Below are positions 10,479 through 21,042 of a stretch of 64,000 nt of DNA, in pieces. Location: positions 19,392 to 83,391 of the IMG/VR virus record IMGVR_UViG_3300009182_000043; one strand, written 5' to 3'. The notes beneath the pieces are model-generated. The model saw only the letters and a list, made by a program, of their open reading frames with translations. It was not told the DNA's origin and did no database searches. Position 1 is the first letter of the stretch; each line of letters begins with the position of its first letter. Source of the DNA: a virus. The translations under genes were made by a program, and so were the position numbers.

Positions 10479-11579
10479 TTAGAGCCCTGCCAAACGTCTA
10501 AGGTCGATTACGTTATCACGGTCTTCAACTTCAACTTGTTTTGCGGCAGATTTATCACCTGTAACTGCTCTAACACTTTCTGAAAGCATAGGCTTTTTAG
10601 GCTCTTTCTTTTCAGTAATGTTATTAAGCACTGCGGGTAGACACTTATCAAAGGCGGTCTTCAGACGAGGTGTTTGAGTGCCTTCTAGTAAGTTCTTCAT
10701 CAATGAAGCTTTTTCTTCGTTTAATGTGGCTAATAACTCGCCCATTATTTTTTCACGTTGATTAGATTCTTTGATAACACGAACTTCACGTTCTTTACTT
10801 TCAACCAATGCTTTTGCTTTCTTCATTGATTGATAGGATTCAGCTAATTTCTGATCCTTTTCTTGAATTTGCATCATTAGATTACGTGTGTCAGCTTTCT
10901 CATTTAAATGAGTAGCACTGAACTCGCTTGCATATGATTCAAATATACGGCGACCAAAATCATTCTCACGTGCGATTTTGATATCTTCTTTCAATTGGCC
11001 AATTTCACCTTTAAGATGTGTGCTAACAACTGTATTCATTCTTTTAGCTGATTCTGATACAAATTTTGCTTTAAGAGATTCTAGTTGTTTGCGACCTTCA
11101 GCAACTAACTTAACCTTAGCTTCAACAACTGCTTGCTTGTCTTGTGCGAATTCTTTAATTTCGCGGGCAAGAGCATGAACGATAAATTGTTCTAATTTTT
11201 GTTGACTTTCTTTTTGAATCTGACGGTCAGAACGCAATTCTTTAATTTCTTCGGCTAATTTCTCAACCATAAAATTATTGAATTTTCCTGCGCTTTCACG
11301 TAGCTTCATTTGTGCTTTAACACGGTCTTCATTCATTGCTTGTCTTTCATGTTGAAATTCTTGAATTTCTTCTGAAAGACCATTGGTAACCATCTTGTCA
11401 AGGGCTTCGACCATTACATCTTTGTCGTGTTCATAACGTTGTGCGAATTCTTCACGTAATTCAGCACGTACTTGTTCCTTAGCTTCATTCAATTTAGTTT
11501 CCCAAGCTTCGTTTATAGCGATGCTTGTTTCTTCATTGATGATTCCAGATTCAAGTAATGGTTTGATAGCGTCTAGCAT
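10479..11579 (-). CDS. gp22: Prohead core scaffold protein (gp22-like)
   Basis: E/K-rich coiled coil lying between the protease and the capsid gene. Confidence 0.8.
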   Translation of the reverse strand: MLDAIKPLLESGIINEETSIAINEAWETKLNEAKEQVRAELREEFAQRYEHDKDVMVEALDKMVTNGLSEEIQEFQHERQAMNEDRVKAQMKLRESAGKFNNFMVEKLAEEIKELRSDRQIQKESQQKLEQFIVHALAREIKEFAQDKQAVVEAKVKLVAEGRKQLESLKAKFVSESAKRMNTVVSTHLKGEIGQLKEDIKIARENDFGRRIFESYASEFSATHLNEKADTRNLMMQIQEKDQKLAESYQSMKKAKALVESKEREVRVIKESNQREKIMGELLATLNEEKASLMKNLLEGTQTPRLKTAFDKCLPAVLNNITEKKEPKKPMLSESVRAVTGDKSAAKQVEVEDRDNVIDLRRLAGL

Positions 11580-11591
11580 ATCTTTTTCCCT

Positions 11592-12227
11592 TTATTTAAT
11601 TTTGAGGTCTCTAATGAGGCGAGTTACTTCCTCTTTTAGATATCTCTGAACCTTACTATTACTCTGTGCGTCTTTTGCTACATCTAACATTCTATGACCA
11701 TTTCTCATATTCATAAGACCTTCATAGATTGCTTTAGGATAAGCATTAGGTGCGCTCGGTTGAGCAACAATATCCACAGTGACTATTTCAAAGTCACTAA
11801 CACGGCCACTACCATCGTCTACGTTACCGCTTCCTCTGCTAGATACGCCTAGTTTGACACCACTCTCCAACATGGTAGACACTAATTGTCCCATTGGAGT
11901 TGGTAAAATTTTTAATTTGCCGAAACCATTTGGTCCGTCCATCCACATATTAGTAATCATATGTGACACGCGGTCTAAATTAATTTTCAAATCATCTGGG
12001 TGATCCACTTCACCTAGAACTGAATGACCTTCTTTGATTTGTTCATTTAGAGTATCTACAGCAGATTCAATCTCAGAAACAGGATACACACGCTCATTAG
12101 CGTTGCGTACCCCACCCTGGATAAAGATGCCTTTCATGTAAAGGCTCTTTAAACTACCTTCACCCGTACTTTCAACCACCATACTAGCACGGTCGAAAGT
12201 GAGGTTTTCTCTAAGATACAAAGCCAT
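11592..12227 (-). CDS. gp21: Prohead maturation protease (gp21-like)
   Basis: Motifs NANERVYP, LGEVDHP, GVSSRGSG and DIVAQPSAPNA. Confidence 0.93.
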   Translation of the reverse strand: MALYLRENLTFDRASMVVESTGEGSLKSLYMKGIFIQGGVRNANERVYPVSEIESAVDTLNEQIKEGHSVLGEVDHPDDLKINLDRVSHMITNMWMDGPNGFGKLKILPTPMGQLVSTMLESGVKLGVSSRGSGNVDDGSGRVSDFEIVTVDIVAQPSAPNAYPKAIYEGLMNMRNGHRMLDVAKDAQSNSKVQRYLKEEVTRLIRDLKIK

Positions 12228-12239
12228 TGCTCTCAGTCC

Positions 12240-13136
12240 TTATCTTCTTTTGATAACTTGTTTTGTAGACTTTTTAGATTCGCCTACAATAGATTTATTG
12301 TTCTGACCTTCTTTGCCCTTGCCATTTGCTGGCTTAGCTACAGATTCGCCTTTTTCGCTGAAGTTCTTGCCACCTGGAGCATTTTTATATGTACCAGGAA
12401 TAGTTTTAGATGTTGGCTTTAGTAAACCACCGTGTGTACCACCTTTACCGGCTTCTTGGCTACCCATTGAAATTGGCTTAGCACCAGTTTGAATAATCTT
12501 TGGTTTTGTCAATGCGATACTTCTTACGTTGTCACCGTCATCACCGCCGATGTTACTGCCATATAAGCCAGGAACTTTCTTCAACTGAACAGATTCTTCT
12601 AAAGGATCTTCACCTTCGTCATCAGATTCTTCAGCTTCCATCATTTCATCATCGCCGGAATCTTCTTCACCTTCTTCATCGCCCATATCTTCTTCGCCTT
12701 CTTCGTGACCCATTAGTTCTTCGAATTCAGCCATTAATTCGTCTAGTTTATCTTCTAAATCAACTACACGGTCTTCTAAATCTTCTTCGCCGCCCATTTC
12801 CATGTCATCATCGCCGCCGAATTCTTCGTGATCCATATCATCTTCTTCGTCATCCATGTCAATGTCAGCAAACTCATCATCTTCTTCGGACATAGCTTGA
12901 CCGGTCATATCACCTTCAACTTCGTCCATCATGTCGCCAACTTGGTCAGATTCTTCCATATCGTCATTTGTTTCCTGAACGCTTACGGTATAACCTTCTT
13001 CTAATTCTTCATCCATCATTGATTCATAGATTTCGCGGCTTTTTTCAACTACGATATCATGAAACAATGCTTTAGCTTGTTCTTCATTCTCATTGATAAT
13101 TAAATCAATAAGTTGTTCAAATTTTCTATTATCCAT
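12240..13136 (-). CDS. Acidic prohead core/internal protein (gp67/68-like position)
   Basis: Very D/E-rich N-terminal two-thirds and K/G-rich C-terminus; lies between portal and protease; AGGAG RBS. Confidence 0.6.
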   Translation of the reverse strand: MDNRKFEQLIDLIINENEEQAKALFHDIVVEKSREIYESMMDEELEEGYTVSVQETNDDMEESDQVGDMMDEVEGDMTGQAMSEEDDEFADIDMDDEEDDMDHEEFGGDDDMEMGGEEDLEDRVVDLEDKLDELMAEFEELMGHEEGEEDMGDEEGEEDSGDDEMMEAEESDDEGEDPLEESVQLKKVPGLYGSNIGGDDGDNVRSIALTKPKIIQTGAKPISMGSQEAGKGGTHGGLLKPTSKTIPGTYKNAPGGKNFSEKGESVAKPANGKGKEGQNNKSIVGESKKSTKQVIKRR

Positions 13137-13170
13137 TGTTTGTTCTCCTATAAGAATGGCTTTGTAAGAT

Positions 13171-13192
13171 TATTTAGTACGTGGGTACTAAA
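13171..13192 (-). promoter_or_regulatory. Late box CTAAATA overlapped by an inverted repeat
   Basis: tatttag at 13171-13177; TTTAGTAC-gtgg-GTACTAAA at 13173-13192. Confidence 0.45.
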
Positions 13193-13257
13193 ACGACTGA
13201 TTAACTGCTATTTTTTTACGTTTTTATCTAAGATAATAGATTTTTATGACAAATCTA

Positions 13258-13485
13258 TTACATTGCTGGCGCCGCAGGCTCTGCTACGGGCTTATATTGT
13301 TTGCGTACTTTTTTAAGATTTTGCGTTCTTTCATAGTCACGTACTTCACGCATTTTACGTAACTTTCTTATTTGACGTAATGTAAGTTTAGTCTTACGGC
13401 TTTCTTTCCATTTAGGTTTGCTGTTATCATCTTTTTCGTCTTGATAACCCTGTATAGCTGGATCGAACATTTCAAATAATTTCAT
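13258..13485 (-). CDS. Small basic head-module protein; true start probably MKLFEMFD at 13485
   Basis: The track ORF extends into the portal gene; the ATG at 13485 follows GATAAATA at 13491-13498; basic RKTKLTLRQIRKLRKMRE segment. Confidence 0.7.
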   Translation of the reverse strand: MKLFEMFDPAIQGYQDEKDDNSKPKWKESRKTKLTLRQIRKLRKMREVRDYERTQNLKKVRKQYKPVAEPAAPAM

Positions 13486-13498
13486 ACAATTATTTATC

Positions 13499-15277
13499 TT
13501 ACATTGACGGTGCGCCTGCCGGGGCGCCAGCGGCTCCTGCAGGCATTGCATTAGGGCCTGCAACACCCGGAGCCACATCTGGTGGCATTCCCTCTGGGTT
13601 TTCTTCGGAAGTAGAAGCTTCTTCTTCATCAGTATCCAAATCGCTTGCACTTATACCAATACTACGTAAGTCACTGCCCTTAACTTCGGTTTCTGCTGGC
13701 TCCTCACGCTCCTCTTCCCACATTTCTTCGTTTTCTTTGATTTCTTCTTCGCTCATACCCAGGAAACGCTTCATAGCAAAACGCTTACTGATATACGGGA
13801 ACGCTTCCATAGCTTGGAACGTAGCGACACGGTCTTTATCTAATTCGCTTTGACGATAAGCCGCAAAGTTTTGTGGTTCATTAAATTTAATATCAAATAA
13901 GCTTGATTCAATGTTGAATCCTCTCCAACGTAGGAACAACTTAAATTCTTCGTCTAGCTTTTTGCTGATATAATTCTGTAAACGTTTGCAATATTCGTTA
14001 AATCTAAATTCTTGAATCATTGCTGTGCCAACACGTCCGTCATTCAATACGTTTTGACTATCATCAGGACCTGTTGGTAAATAACTACTTGGAACACGTA
14101 ATCCACGTGCTAATCTATTATTAAAGTACTTTAAGTCATCGATTTCACCAAGATTTTGTCCACCTTGTAGCATAGTGACATCGCTACCACGCCCGTCTGC
14201 TGTTACTGGAAAGAAGTAATCTTCGTTGATGCTTAATGGATTATAACTAGCATCCATAATGCTAGTACCACCTTGTACTGAAGGTATACGTCTTTGATGA
14301 ATTTCATTCTTAATACGGTCAACGAAAGCCATAGCCATATGACTTGGCATGTTACCAACGTCAATCTTAAACACTCTGCGCTCTGGTGCACGACTTATGC
14401 GATAGATAAGAATAGCATCTTCAAGCAATTCTTTTTGCTTGTAGACTTTAAAAATGTTTTCAAGTATTGACTGACCAAACGGCCAAAAGCGGTCTAGACC
14501 TTCAGTTAAACTTAAATGCACAATATGTTCAGCATCAATGGCTGCTTCGTTCAAACCCAATGCAAAACGACTACCTGCAGTACCTGTTGGCATACTTGGA
14601 ACCGTATAACCCTGAGCACTACCACCGCCACCTGTACCACCAAAGCCTGTACTTGGATTGGCTGCAAAATCGGTTGAAACTTTCTGTGCTACAGTTAAAT
14701 TTTGTAGGTTTAAATTGATATCTTTAAGAACATATTGTTCCGGAAGTTTGCCTTCACTTTCGTTAACAATGACTTTTGTTACTTTGGTCATGTCAACCCA
14801 ATATAGTTTGAAGTTTTCAGGGTCACGTAGGAAAACCTGATCCCCGTATTTGATAGCATTTCTAAAGACTTTAAACACTCTAGTGTCAAACTCGTTTAGT
14901 TTACACCATTGTTGTAGTTGTTTTGTGATGATTTCAACTTCATGGGGAGTTGGATCTTCTTTGTATTCTACATTAAATGGAGTATTATTATGTTCGTTGC
15001 GCTGTGTACTGAATTCAGCAATAATATCTAAACATGCATTAACTTCTGCGTCCACATCCATCATTTCATATTGATTATAACGCTCAATACGATTTGGGTG
15101 ACCAGTATAAACTTCTGGTAAGCGACTTTGATAATTTTTATACCCAAAGTCATTATTATTGTAGCCACCATCGGATGTGCTACCACCATTCCAACTACCC
15201 TTATTGCTGTTGCTTCCAGAAATAGGGCTAAGAATGCCGTTTGGATTTGGATCGGAAAAACGCTTTTTATATGCCAT
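13499..15277 (-). CDS. gp20: Portal vertex protein (gp20-like)
   Basis: Motifs LLEDAILIYRISRAPERRVFKIDVGNMP, EDYFFP and LRVPSSYL. Confidence 0.95.
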   Translation of the reverse strand: MAYKKRFSDPNPNGILSPISGSNSNKGSWNGGSTSDGGYNNNDFGYKNYQSRLPEVYTGHPNRIERYNQYEMMDVDAEVNACLDIIAEFSTQRNEHNNTPFNVEYKEDPTPHEVEIITKQLQQWCKLNEFDTRVFKVFRNAIKYGDQVFLRDPENFKLYWVDMTKVTKVIVNESEGKLPEQYVLKDINLNLQNLTVAQKVSTDFAANPSTGFGGTGGGGSAQGYTVPSMPTGTAGSRFALGLNEAAIDAEHIVHLSLTEGLDRFWPFGQSILENIFKVYKQKELLEDAILIYRISRAPERRVFKIDVGNMPSHMAMAFVDRIKNEIHQRRIPSVQGGTSIMDASYNPLSINEDYFFPVTADGRGSDVTMLQGGQNLGEIDDLKYFNNRLARGLRVPSSYLPTGPDDSQNVLNDGRVGTAMIQEFRFNEYCKRLQNYISKKLDEEFKLFLRWRGFNIESSLFDIKFNEPQNFAAYRQSELDKDRVATFQAMEAFPYISKRFAMKRFLGMSEEEIKENEEMWEEEREEPAETEVKGSDLRSIGISASDLDTDEEEASTSEENPEGMPPDVAPGVAGPNAMPAGAAGAPAGAPSM

Positions 15278-15291
15278 GAAGTATTTAGCTT

Positions 15292-17808
15292 TTAAGCCGC
15301 CATGTATGTTTTTATATCGTTATGAATAATATTGCTTCGTTCAACATTTAATATCAACTCATCAAATTGATTGTTTATAAACGATAATAAACTTAAATCA
15401 ATACCATCATCTTGTTGTTGTATTGGAGTTGTCATAGGTGCAGGTGGTGGTGTTTCGCTACCCTGCATCATAGAGTCTATATCTATGGGAATTCCCCCGT
15501 CACGCAATGCTATTAATGCTTCACGTCCATGCATCTCAATCATATTTGACCCGTTAACTAATCCACCTTGTTTAAGTTGTTGTAGATGCTCTGGGTCATG
15601 TATAGGTCTTTTTAGTCCAAATTTCTTTAAAAATCCATTTTTATCTAAGTATTCTGCTTGAGTTTTATTAACATCAACTGCTCGACCGGTATTATGCGGG
15701 CCTAATCCCTTTTTAGGATCCATAGGAGTTGTAATTTTACCAAATTTACTATCGTATACAGTAGGATTATTTGGTCCACCGTTGTTTCTTACCCAAGCAT
15801 CGTATAATTCTTGTTGTTCTTCAACTGTACGAAAAGACGAATTTAATTCTAATTTTTCTTTTGTAGCGTTGTAATACTCTTGTGCCATTAAAGTTATGCG
15901 TTGTGACAATTCTTTATTTTTACTTGCTAACATGTTAAAATGGTCAAGATCACCGGATCTGCTAGTAAATTTAATGTATTTTGATGCTTCGCTGATATCT
16001 ACAGTAGAGGTACGATTTCTAATTTCAAGATTAAGCTGTTGCTGTTCTGCCTTTTTTTCTCTATATTCTTGACCCTCTAATCCAGTACCTTGTTTTCTTA
16101 CCCTAGCTTCTTTATTCATTAATTGCTGTCTTTTTTCAACAAGATCCGAATAAGAATCTTTACCTAATAATGTTTGTTTTACATTTTTTTCTTCTTGTAA
16201 TCTGGTTTTGGCAGCCTTTATTGTTGCTTGTACTACAGGATCATTTGGTGTAGTTTTGTTTACCTTTTCAAGTATTTCAATGTCTTTTTCTTGTTTTGTA
16301 ATTCTTTCTTGAATTCTTTCTACTGTTCTAATTTTTAATCCTACTTGTTTTAATTCAAGAGAAATATCATCGTGTTTTTTCTTTAACTGATTTTTGTCAC
16401 CCAACATTATTTGAACTTCTTCAAATGCATTTTTAAGTTCACCGCCGGATATCCAAGCACCAGATGCTGCCGCATAGTAAGCAACAGACCTCACTACACC
16501 TATTAAGAATTTAAATACGGTTGATGCTATTCCAGCAAAACTTTCTACAAGTTTATTTTTCAATTGCCCAGCAGTTCTTTCAGTATCTAGTCTAGTATCT
16601 TCTGTTTTCTTAAGGTCATCATCTTTTGCAGCCATATTTTTAATTAATTCTTCGACTTCCTTTTCACTCTTTGCAGATAGTATTTGATCCGTTCTTTCTA
16701 ATACTTTGCCACTAATACCAGTTTGTTTTGCATATTCATCACTAATTATCAAATTCTTTTTTTGATTTTGCATAAACTCTTGATAATATTTTAAAATCAT
16801 TTTCGTACCTTCAGCTCCAGAAATTCTGCCGGTTTTTACACCTTCTGCAATTTCACGTGCTTTACCACGGGTAACGTACATCATTGCATTACCTTCATCA
16901 GTAGTAGCCTGACCATTTGCTAAGAAGTCACTAAATCCTTTTGCAATGTCAGCACTAACAGTACCCAACGTTACCATTGCTTTATCCATTTCTTTAGCTT
17001 CTTTTTCATTACCGTTTCTTATCATCAATGTTTTTTGCATTTGATAAGTTGCATCAAGTCTTAAATCTGCTAGTCTTTTGGCAGTTTGGTCTCTTGTTTC
17101 CCCAGTCATAGATGTTAATACTGTCAATGATTTTGCATATTCTAATGTAGCTTTTTTAATTTTTATATCATCGTTTTCCATTGGTGCAGTATAACCAGTC
17201 AAATACTTTATTGCTTCACTTTGTATTTCTAGCATTCTATCTGGATTAACACCTAAACGTAAAAATTCAAGTTGAGTATCATGTGTTGAAAAGATTTTAC
17301 CTAAACGTTTTGCCGCAGTTGATGTATCAGGACCTAAATTTCTTAATGCCGGTCCAATATTAACAATAGAATCACCTAATTTACCGATATTTTCAATGTA
17401 TCTACCGGCTTCTGTTCCTATGTTTTCAAAATCAACAGTGGTTAATTTAGCAGTTGCCCCGATAGATTCTAATCCATCATATGCATTATTAAGAGCATCA
17501 ACTTGTTTTAAATAAGCATTGGTTGCACTTTCTACACCCTTAATAAAAAGAGTAATTGCCATTCCTGTTTTTGAACTAGTACCAGAAACATGTGTAAGTG
17601 CATTTGATGTTGATGTAATTAACCCTGCCCATTTACTAGTATCAGTACTAGTATCTCTTATAGCCGAAAAGGCAGACTTTGATATATTTGCTATATCTTT
17701 GAATGCTGTTACTAATTTTTTTAGTGAGCTAGCGGATGTTTTGGTACTACTAGTTATATCACCGGCAGCAGTACCTAATTGACTAATTTCTCTATCAATA
17801 TTAGACAT
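15292..17808 (-). CDS. Tape-measure-like protein with a C-terminal M15 (VanY-like) zinc peptidase
   Basis: Helical body; motifs SSFRTVEEQQELY, HNTGRAVD and DPEH. Confidence 0.65.
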   Translation of the reverse strand: MSNIDREISQLGTAAGDITSSTKTSASSLKKLVTAFKDIANISKSAFSAIRDTSTDTSKWAGLITSTSNALTHVSGTSSKTGMAITLFIKGVESATNAYLKQVDALNNAYDGLESIGATAKLTTVDFENIGTEAGRYIENIGKLGDSIVNIGPALRNLGPDTSTAAKRLGKIFSTHDTQLEFLRLGVNPDRMLEIQSEAIKYLTGYTAPMENDDIKIKKATLEYAKSLTVLTSMTGETRDQTAKRLADLRLDATYQMQKTLMIRNGNEKEAKEMDKAMVTLGTVSADIAKGFSDFLANGQATTDEGNAMMYVTRGKAREIAEGVKTGRISGAEGTKMILKYYQEFMQNQKKNLIISDEYAKQTGISGKVLERTDQILSAKSEKEVEELIKNMAAKDDDLKKTEDTRLDTERTAGQLKNKLVESFAGIASTVFKFLIGVVRSVAYYAAASGAWISGGELKNAFEEVQIMLGDKNQLKKKHDDISLELKQVGLKIRTVERIQERITKQEKDIEILEKVNKTTPNDPVVQATIKAAKTRLQEEKNVKQTLLGKDSYSDLVEKRQQLMNKEARVRKQGTGLEGQEYREKKAEQQQLNLEIRNRTSTVDISEASKYIKFTSRSGDLDHFNMLASKNKELSQRITLMAQEYYNATKEKLELNSSFRTVEEQQELYDAWVRNNGGPNNPTVYDSKFGKITTPMDPKKGLGPHNTGRAVDVNKTQAEYLDKNGFLKKFGLKRPIHDPEHLQQLKQGGLVNGSNMIEMHGREALIALRDGGIPIDIDSMMQGSETPPPAPMTTPIQQQDDGIDLSLLSFINNQFDELILNVERSNIIHNDIKTYMAA

Positions 17809-17810
17809 TG

Positions 17811-20144
17811 TTATCCCTTAACACTTTGTAACATATCTTTTTGCAATCCATTGTTTTCTTTCATCACACTTAATAAAATATTAAGTTTATTTGAAATTGA
17901 TTCAAGTGCAATACCAGCCATCTTACTGTTAGATGTACCTGGTGCTGAAGTGCTAGTAGGATCAACGTTTGTTTTTTTCAAGTTCTGTATATATGAATCC
18001 ATTAATGAATTAACACCTGATGAATTAGATAATAAACTATTTCTGTTATTAGACATGAAAGAAACTGGAATAGAATCGCCATTTGGTAACGGAACCACTG
18101 CATAATCTTTATTACCAGGCATAACAGTTTTATATCCAGAATCTGGTCCTTGTAAAACCCCACCGGAAGAAAACGTTTTATTAATTTTACCACCTTGACG
18201 CATTTTCATAACAGGTTTAGTATCTGCTGTTGGAAGTTGCGGATTAGGAACACTACTATCTGAAGGAGTTGCATCTACTTGAGGTGTATTTGCATTTGTT
18301 TGTGCAGATTTATTGTCACTGACAGTTGCTGTAGTAGTTGTAGCTTTAGTTTTAGAATTTTCTTCTTTTTGTTCTTGTTGTTTTTTAAGACTTTCGTCAA
18401 CTTTTTTATAATTTTCACCATCACGTATTCTTCTAGCTTTATCAATTGCCATTAACTGTTTGTTAACTTCATTTAATTCTTTTTCTGCATATCCTTCCAT
18501 AGAACCAGTATCACCTGATGTTGGGTCTTTAATTGCATTTGCATCTTCTTCTCTAGCTTTAGCAACTGCTTGTTGTTTTTTTTCTAGCTCTGTGGTTAAT
18601 TCTTTTTGTTGTTTAATTAAATCTTCGGTTGAATCAAACAAATAAGGTAATTCAGGTGGCATGTCTACCCAATCACCAAATTTCTTCATAAACCCTTTCA
18701 TCAATACTTGCAAACCTTTCATTAAAGCTTGGAATCCAGTTGTCACTGGTCCTTGTATCAATTCAATGAAAGAATCAAATGCTGTTGAAAGTGCGGCGCT
18801 TGCATTATTGCTTGTATTTTGAATGTCTTTATTGGAATCAACACGATTTTTTGCTTCCTCAAGTTCTTTTTGTTTAGCTTCAAGCGATCCTTCAGCTACA
18901 TTTTTATTAAGATTAGCCACTCGTTCTGCTGACATGTTCATTCTTGCCGCTAATTCAGGATTAGCTTTAAGAGAAGTAGCCATTTGCATTAATGTTTTAT
19001 TACCACTTTCATTTAATTTGTTTATTAAACCTTCACCAGTTAATTTACCACTCTTAAAATCTTGCATCCAATTAGTAAATTGACCTTGAGTTTCACCCAA
19101 CATTGATACGACTGACTGAGACATTTTTTGAGGACTTGACAATGCGTCCATAAATGCTTGAGCCGCAGTACCACTGACATTACTACGCATCATCTGCGCC
19201 ATTGATAGGTACATATCTGCTTGTTTTTTACCTGCTTCAGTTGTACTCAATTCACGTAATGTTATATTAAACGCAAAATTTTCTAAATCTTTTTTTCTAT
19301 TTTGTGAAATAGTTTCTGTTGTCTCACCCGTCAATGCGGCAAGTGATGCCAACGTAGTAACATACTTCAATGATTCGTCACTTAATTGCTTAGGTTCTTT
19401 AGCTCGGGATTGATTTAACATCCCTTGTTGTTTTACATAATCAGCTTGATACTTTGTTAATTTTTCTTGACTTATACCAATCGTATTAAATTGATTACGT
19501 ATAAGATTTTGTTCTTCTTTGGATTTAGTTGCAAAACTTGCTATTTCGGCAAATTTTTTCATACCCTCGCCAGACGTATTACCCAATGACATTAAACTTG
19601 GTCCAAGGTCACTAATAATCTTTACAAGTTTTAATGATTCTCCGTTAACTGGTAAATAATTAGCATCCTTTGCTAAATCACCAAGTGTCTTAGTAGTAAA
19701 TTGTGCGGCTCCACCTAGTTCTGCTAGTTGGTCAAATCCTTTATTAAGATTGTCTACTCTACCAAATACACTGTCAACAGTACTAGTAAAGAGTTTTGTA
19801 AATGCTCCTAATACTGCGCCCACTGGGCCCAATGACATCAACAATGTACCTAAACCATTTCCAGCAGTGTTAAGCGCATTGCCGTATTTGGATAATCCAT
19901 CTTGTCCAGATGTTAATGCTCTTGAAAATTGAATAGCCCCGGAACCTAATTCATTTAGACCCCTAGCAGCCATGTCTAATGTTTGACCTGCTTCTCTAGT
20001 ACTAAGTGATAAATCTGAAGTAGCTGAACCTAAACGACCTGCTTCACGTGACCAAGCATCATTTAACGAACCGGCAACGGATGCCATTCGTGCATTTTGC
20101 TCGTCAATAAGCCTTTGTGTTTCTTGGGCAGAATTATTATCCAT
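17811..20144 (-). CDS. Tape-measure-like protein, paralogue of 15292..17808
   Basis: Helical, A/S/K/Q-rich; LASLAALTGET matches LTVLTSMTGET in the paralogue; similar C-terminal VPLPNGDSIP / IALRDGGIP. Confidence 0.6.
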   Translation of the reverse strand: MDNNSAQETQRLIDEQNARMASVAGSLNDAWSREAGRLGSATSDLSLSTREAGQTLDMAARGLNELGSGAIQFSRALTSGQDGLSKYGNALNTAGNGLGTLLMSLGPVGAVLGAFTKLFTSTVDSVFGRVDNLNKGFDQLAELGGAAQFTTKTLGDLAKDANYLPVNGESLKLVKIISDLGPSLMSLGNTSGEGMKKFAEIASFATKSKEEQNLIRNQFNTIGISQEKLTKYQADYVKQQGMLNQSRAKEPKQLSDESLKYVTTLASLAALTGETTETISQNRKKDLENFAFNITLRELSTTEAGKKQADMYLSMAQMMRSNVSGTAAQAFMDALSSPQKMSQSVVSMLGETQGQFTNWMQDFKSGKLTGEGLINKLNESGNKTLMQMATSLKANPELAARMNMSAERVANLNKNVAEGSLEAKQKELEEAKNRVDSNKDIQNTSNNASAALSTAFDSFIELIQGPVTTGFQALMKGLQVLMKGFMKKFGDWVDMPPELPYLFDSTEDLIKQQKELTTELEKKQQAVAKAREEDANAIKDPTSGDTGSMEGYAEKELNEVNKQLMAIDKARRIRDGENYKKVDESLKKQQEQKEENSKTKATTTTATVSDNKSAQTNANTPQVDATPSDSSVPNPQLPTADTKPVMKMRQGGKINKTFSSGGVLQGPDSGYKTVMPGNKDYAVVPLPNGDSIPVSFMSNNRNSLLSNSSGVNSLMDSYIQNLKKTNVDPTSTSAPGTSNSKMAGIALESISNKLNILLSVMKENNGLQKDMLQSVKG

Positions 20145-20156
20145 GTATTTTTAGCC

Positions 20157-20181
20157 AATAAATATGTATAAGTGTATTTAG
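20157..20181. promoter_or_regulatory. Divergent late boxes: AATAAATA (+, 20157-20164) and CTAAATA (-, 20175-20181)
   Basis: Both lie in the 67-bp gap between the divergent genes starting at 20144 and 20212. Confidence 0.5.
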
Positions 20182-20211
20182 TGTATAAAAACTACCATTT
20201 TAGGAGAAATA

Positions 20212-21042
20212 ATGAGTATTGAAAACAACCCGTTAAAGCAGTATTTCCGCCGCCCAAGTATCTATTTAAAGTTACCTAGCGGGGGATTAGGGTATGAGTT
20301 TGGTGTTATTGACATGCCCGAAACAAAAGAATTACCAGTGTATCCAATGACAGCAATTGATGAGATTACTAGCAAAACCCCAGACGCATTGTATAACGGA
20401 TCCGCTGTTACAGATATTATTAAAAGCTGTGTACCCGCGATAAAAGAGCCATGGAAAATAACCACAGTTGACTTAGATGCTATTTTAGTTGCAATACGTA
20501 TTGCAACCAATGGTAGCGAAATGGATATGGAAACTACATGCCCTAGTTGCAGTGAGGAAAGCAAATATGGAGTTAATCTAAGTATTGTATTGAATAGTTT
20601 CAAAGCAGGGGACTACGAATCAGGATTGACTCTCAATGATTTAAAAATTAAATTTAAACCATTAAATTATAAATCATTGTCTCAAAGTAGTGTGAGACAA
20701 TTTGAAATTCAAAAAGCTATTATGTCAATTGACAGAATGGAAGATGGTCCTGATCGTGAAGCTAAATCAATGGATCTGTTAAAAGTTATAACCGATTCTA
20801 CGTTAGATGTATTAGTCAACACGATTGATTATATTGCTACACCCGACGCAATTGTAAATGACCGTATTTTCATCGTTGAGTTTTTGCAAAACACAGACAA
20901 AAAGACATTTGAAACTATTAAAGACTATAGTGTCAATTTACGTGAAAGCACACAAACTAAACCCCTACAAATCAAATGCATACATTGTTCACATGAGTAT
21001 GAACAATTATTTACATTGAACGTAAGCGATTTTTTCGCTTAA
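20212..21042 (+). CDS. Baseplate hub assembly / tail chaperone protein (T4 gp26-like)
   Basis: LKLPS, PMTAIDE, DLDAILVAIRIAT, two CxxC pairs and a C-terminal DFF; AGGAG RBS. Confidence 0.75.
   Translation: MSIENNPLKQYFRRPSIYLKLPSGGLGYEFGVIDMPETKELPVYPMTAIDEITSKTPDALYNGSAVTDIIKSCVPAIKEPWKITTVDLDAILVAIRIATNGSEMDMETTCPSCSEESKYGVNLSIVLNSFKAGDYESGLTLNDLKIKFKPLNYKSLSQSSVRQFEIQKAIMSIDRMEDGPDREAKSMDLLKVITDSTLDVLVNTIDYIATPDAIVNDRIFIVEFLQNTDKKTFETIKDYSVNLRESTQTKPLQIKCIHCSHEYEQLFTLNVSDFFA

Noticed and set aside
13486-13650. N-terminal extension of ORF 13258..13650
   Set aside because: Overlaps the portal 3' end; the late box and ATG at 13485 give a better start
10978-19932. Plus-strand ORFs inside the head and tape-measure-like genes (e.g. 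12500..12895, H/R/L-rich)
   Set aside because: Antisense to well-supported genes; their composition mirrors the D/E codons on the other strand
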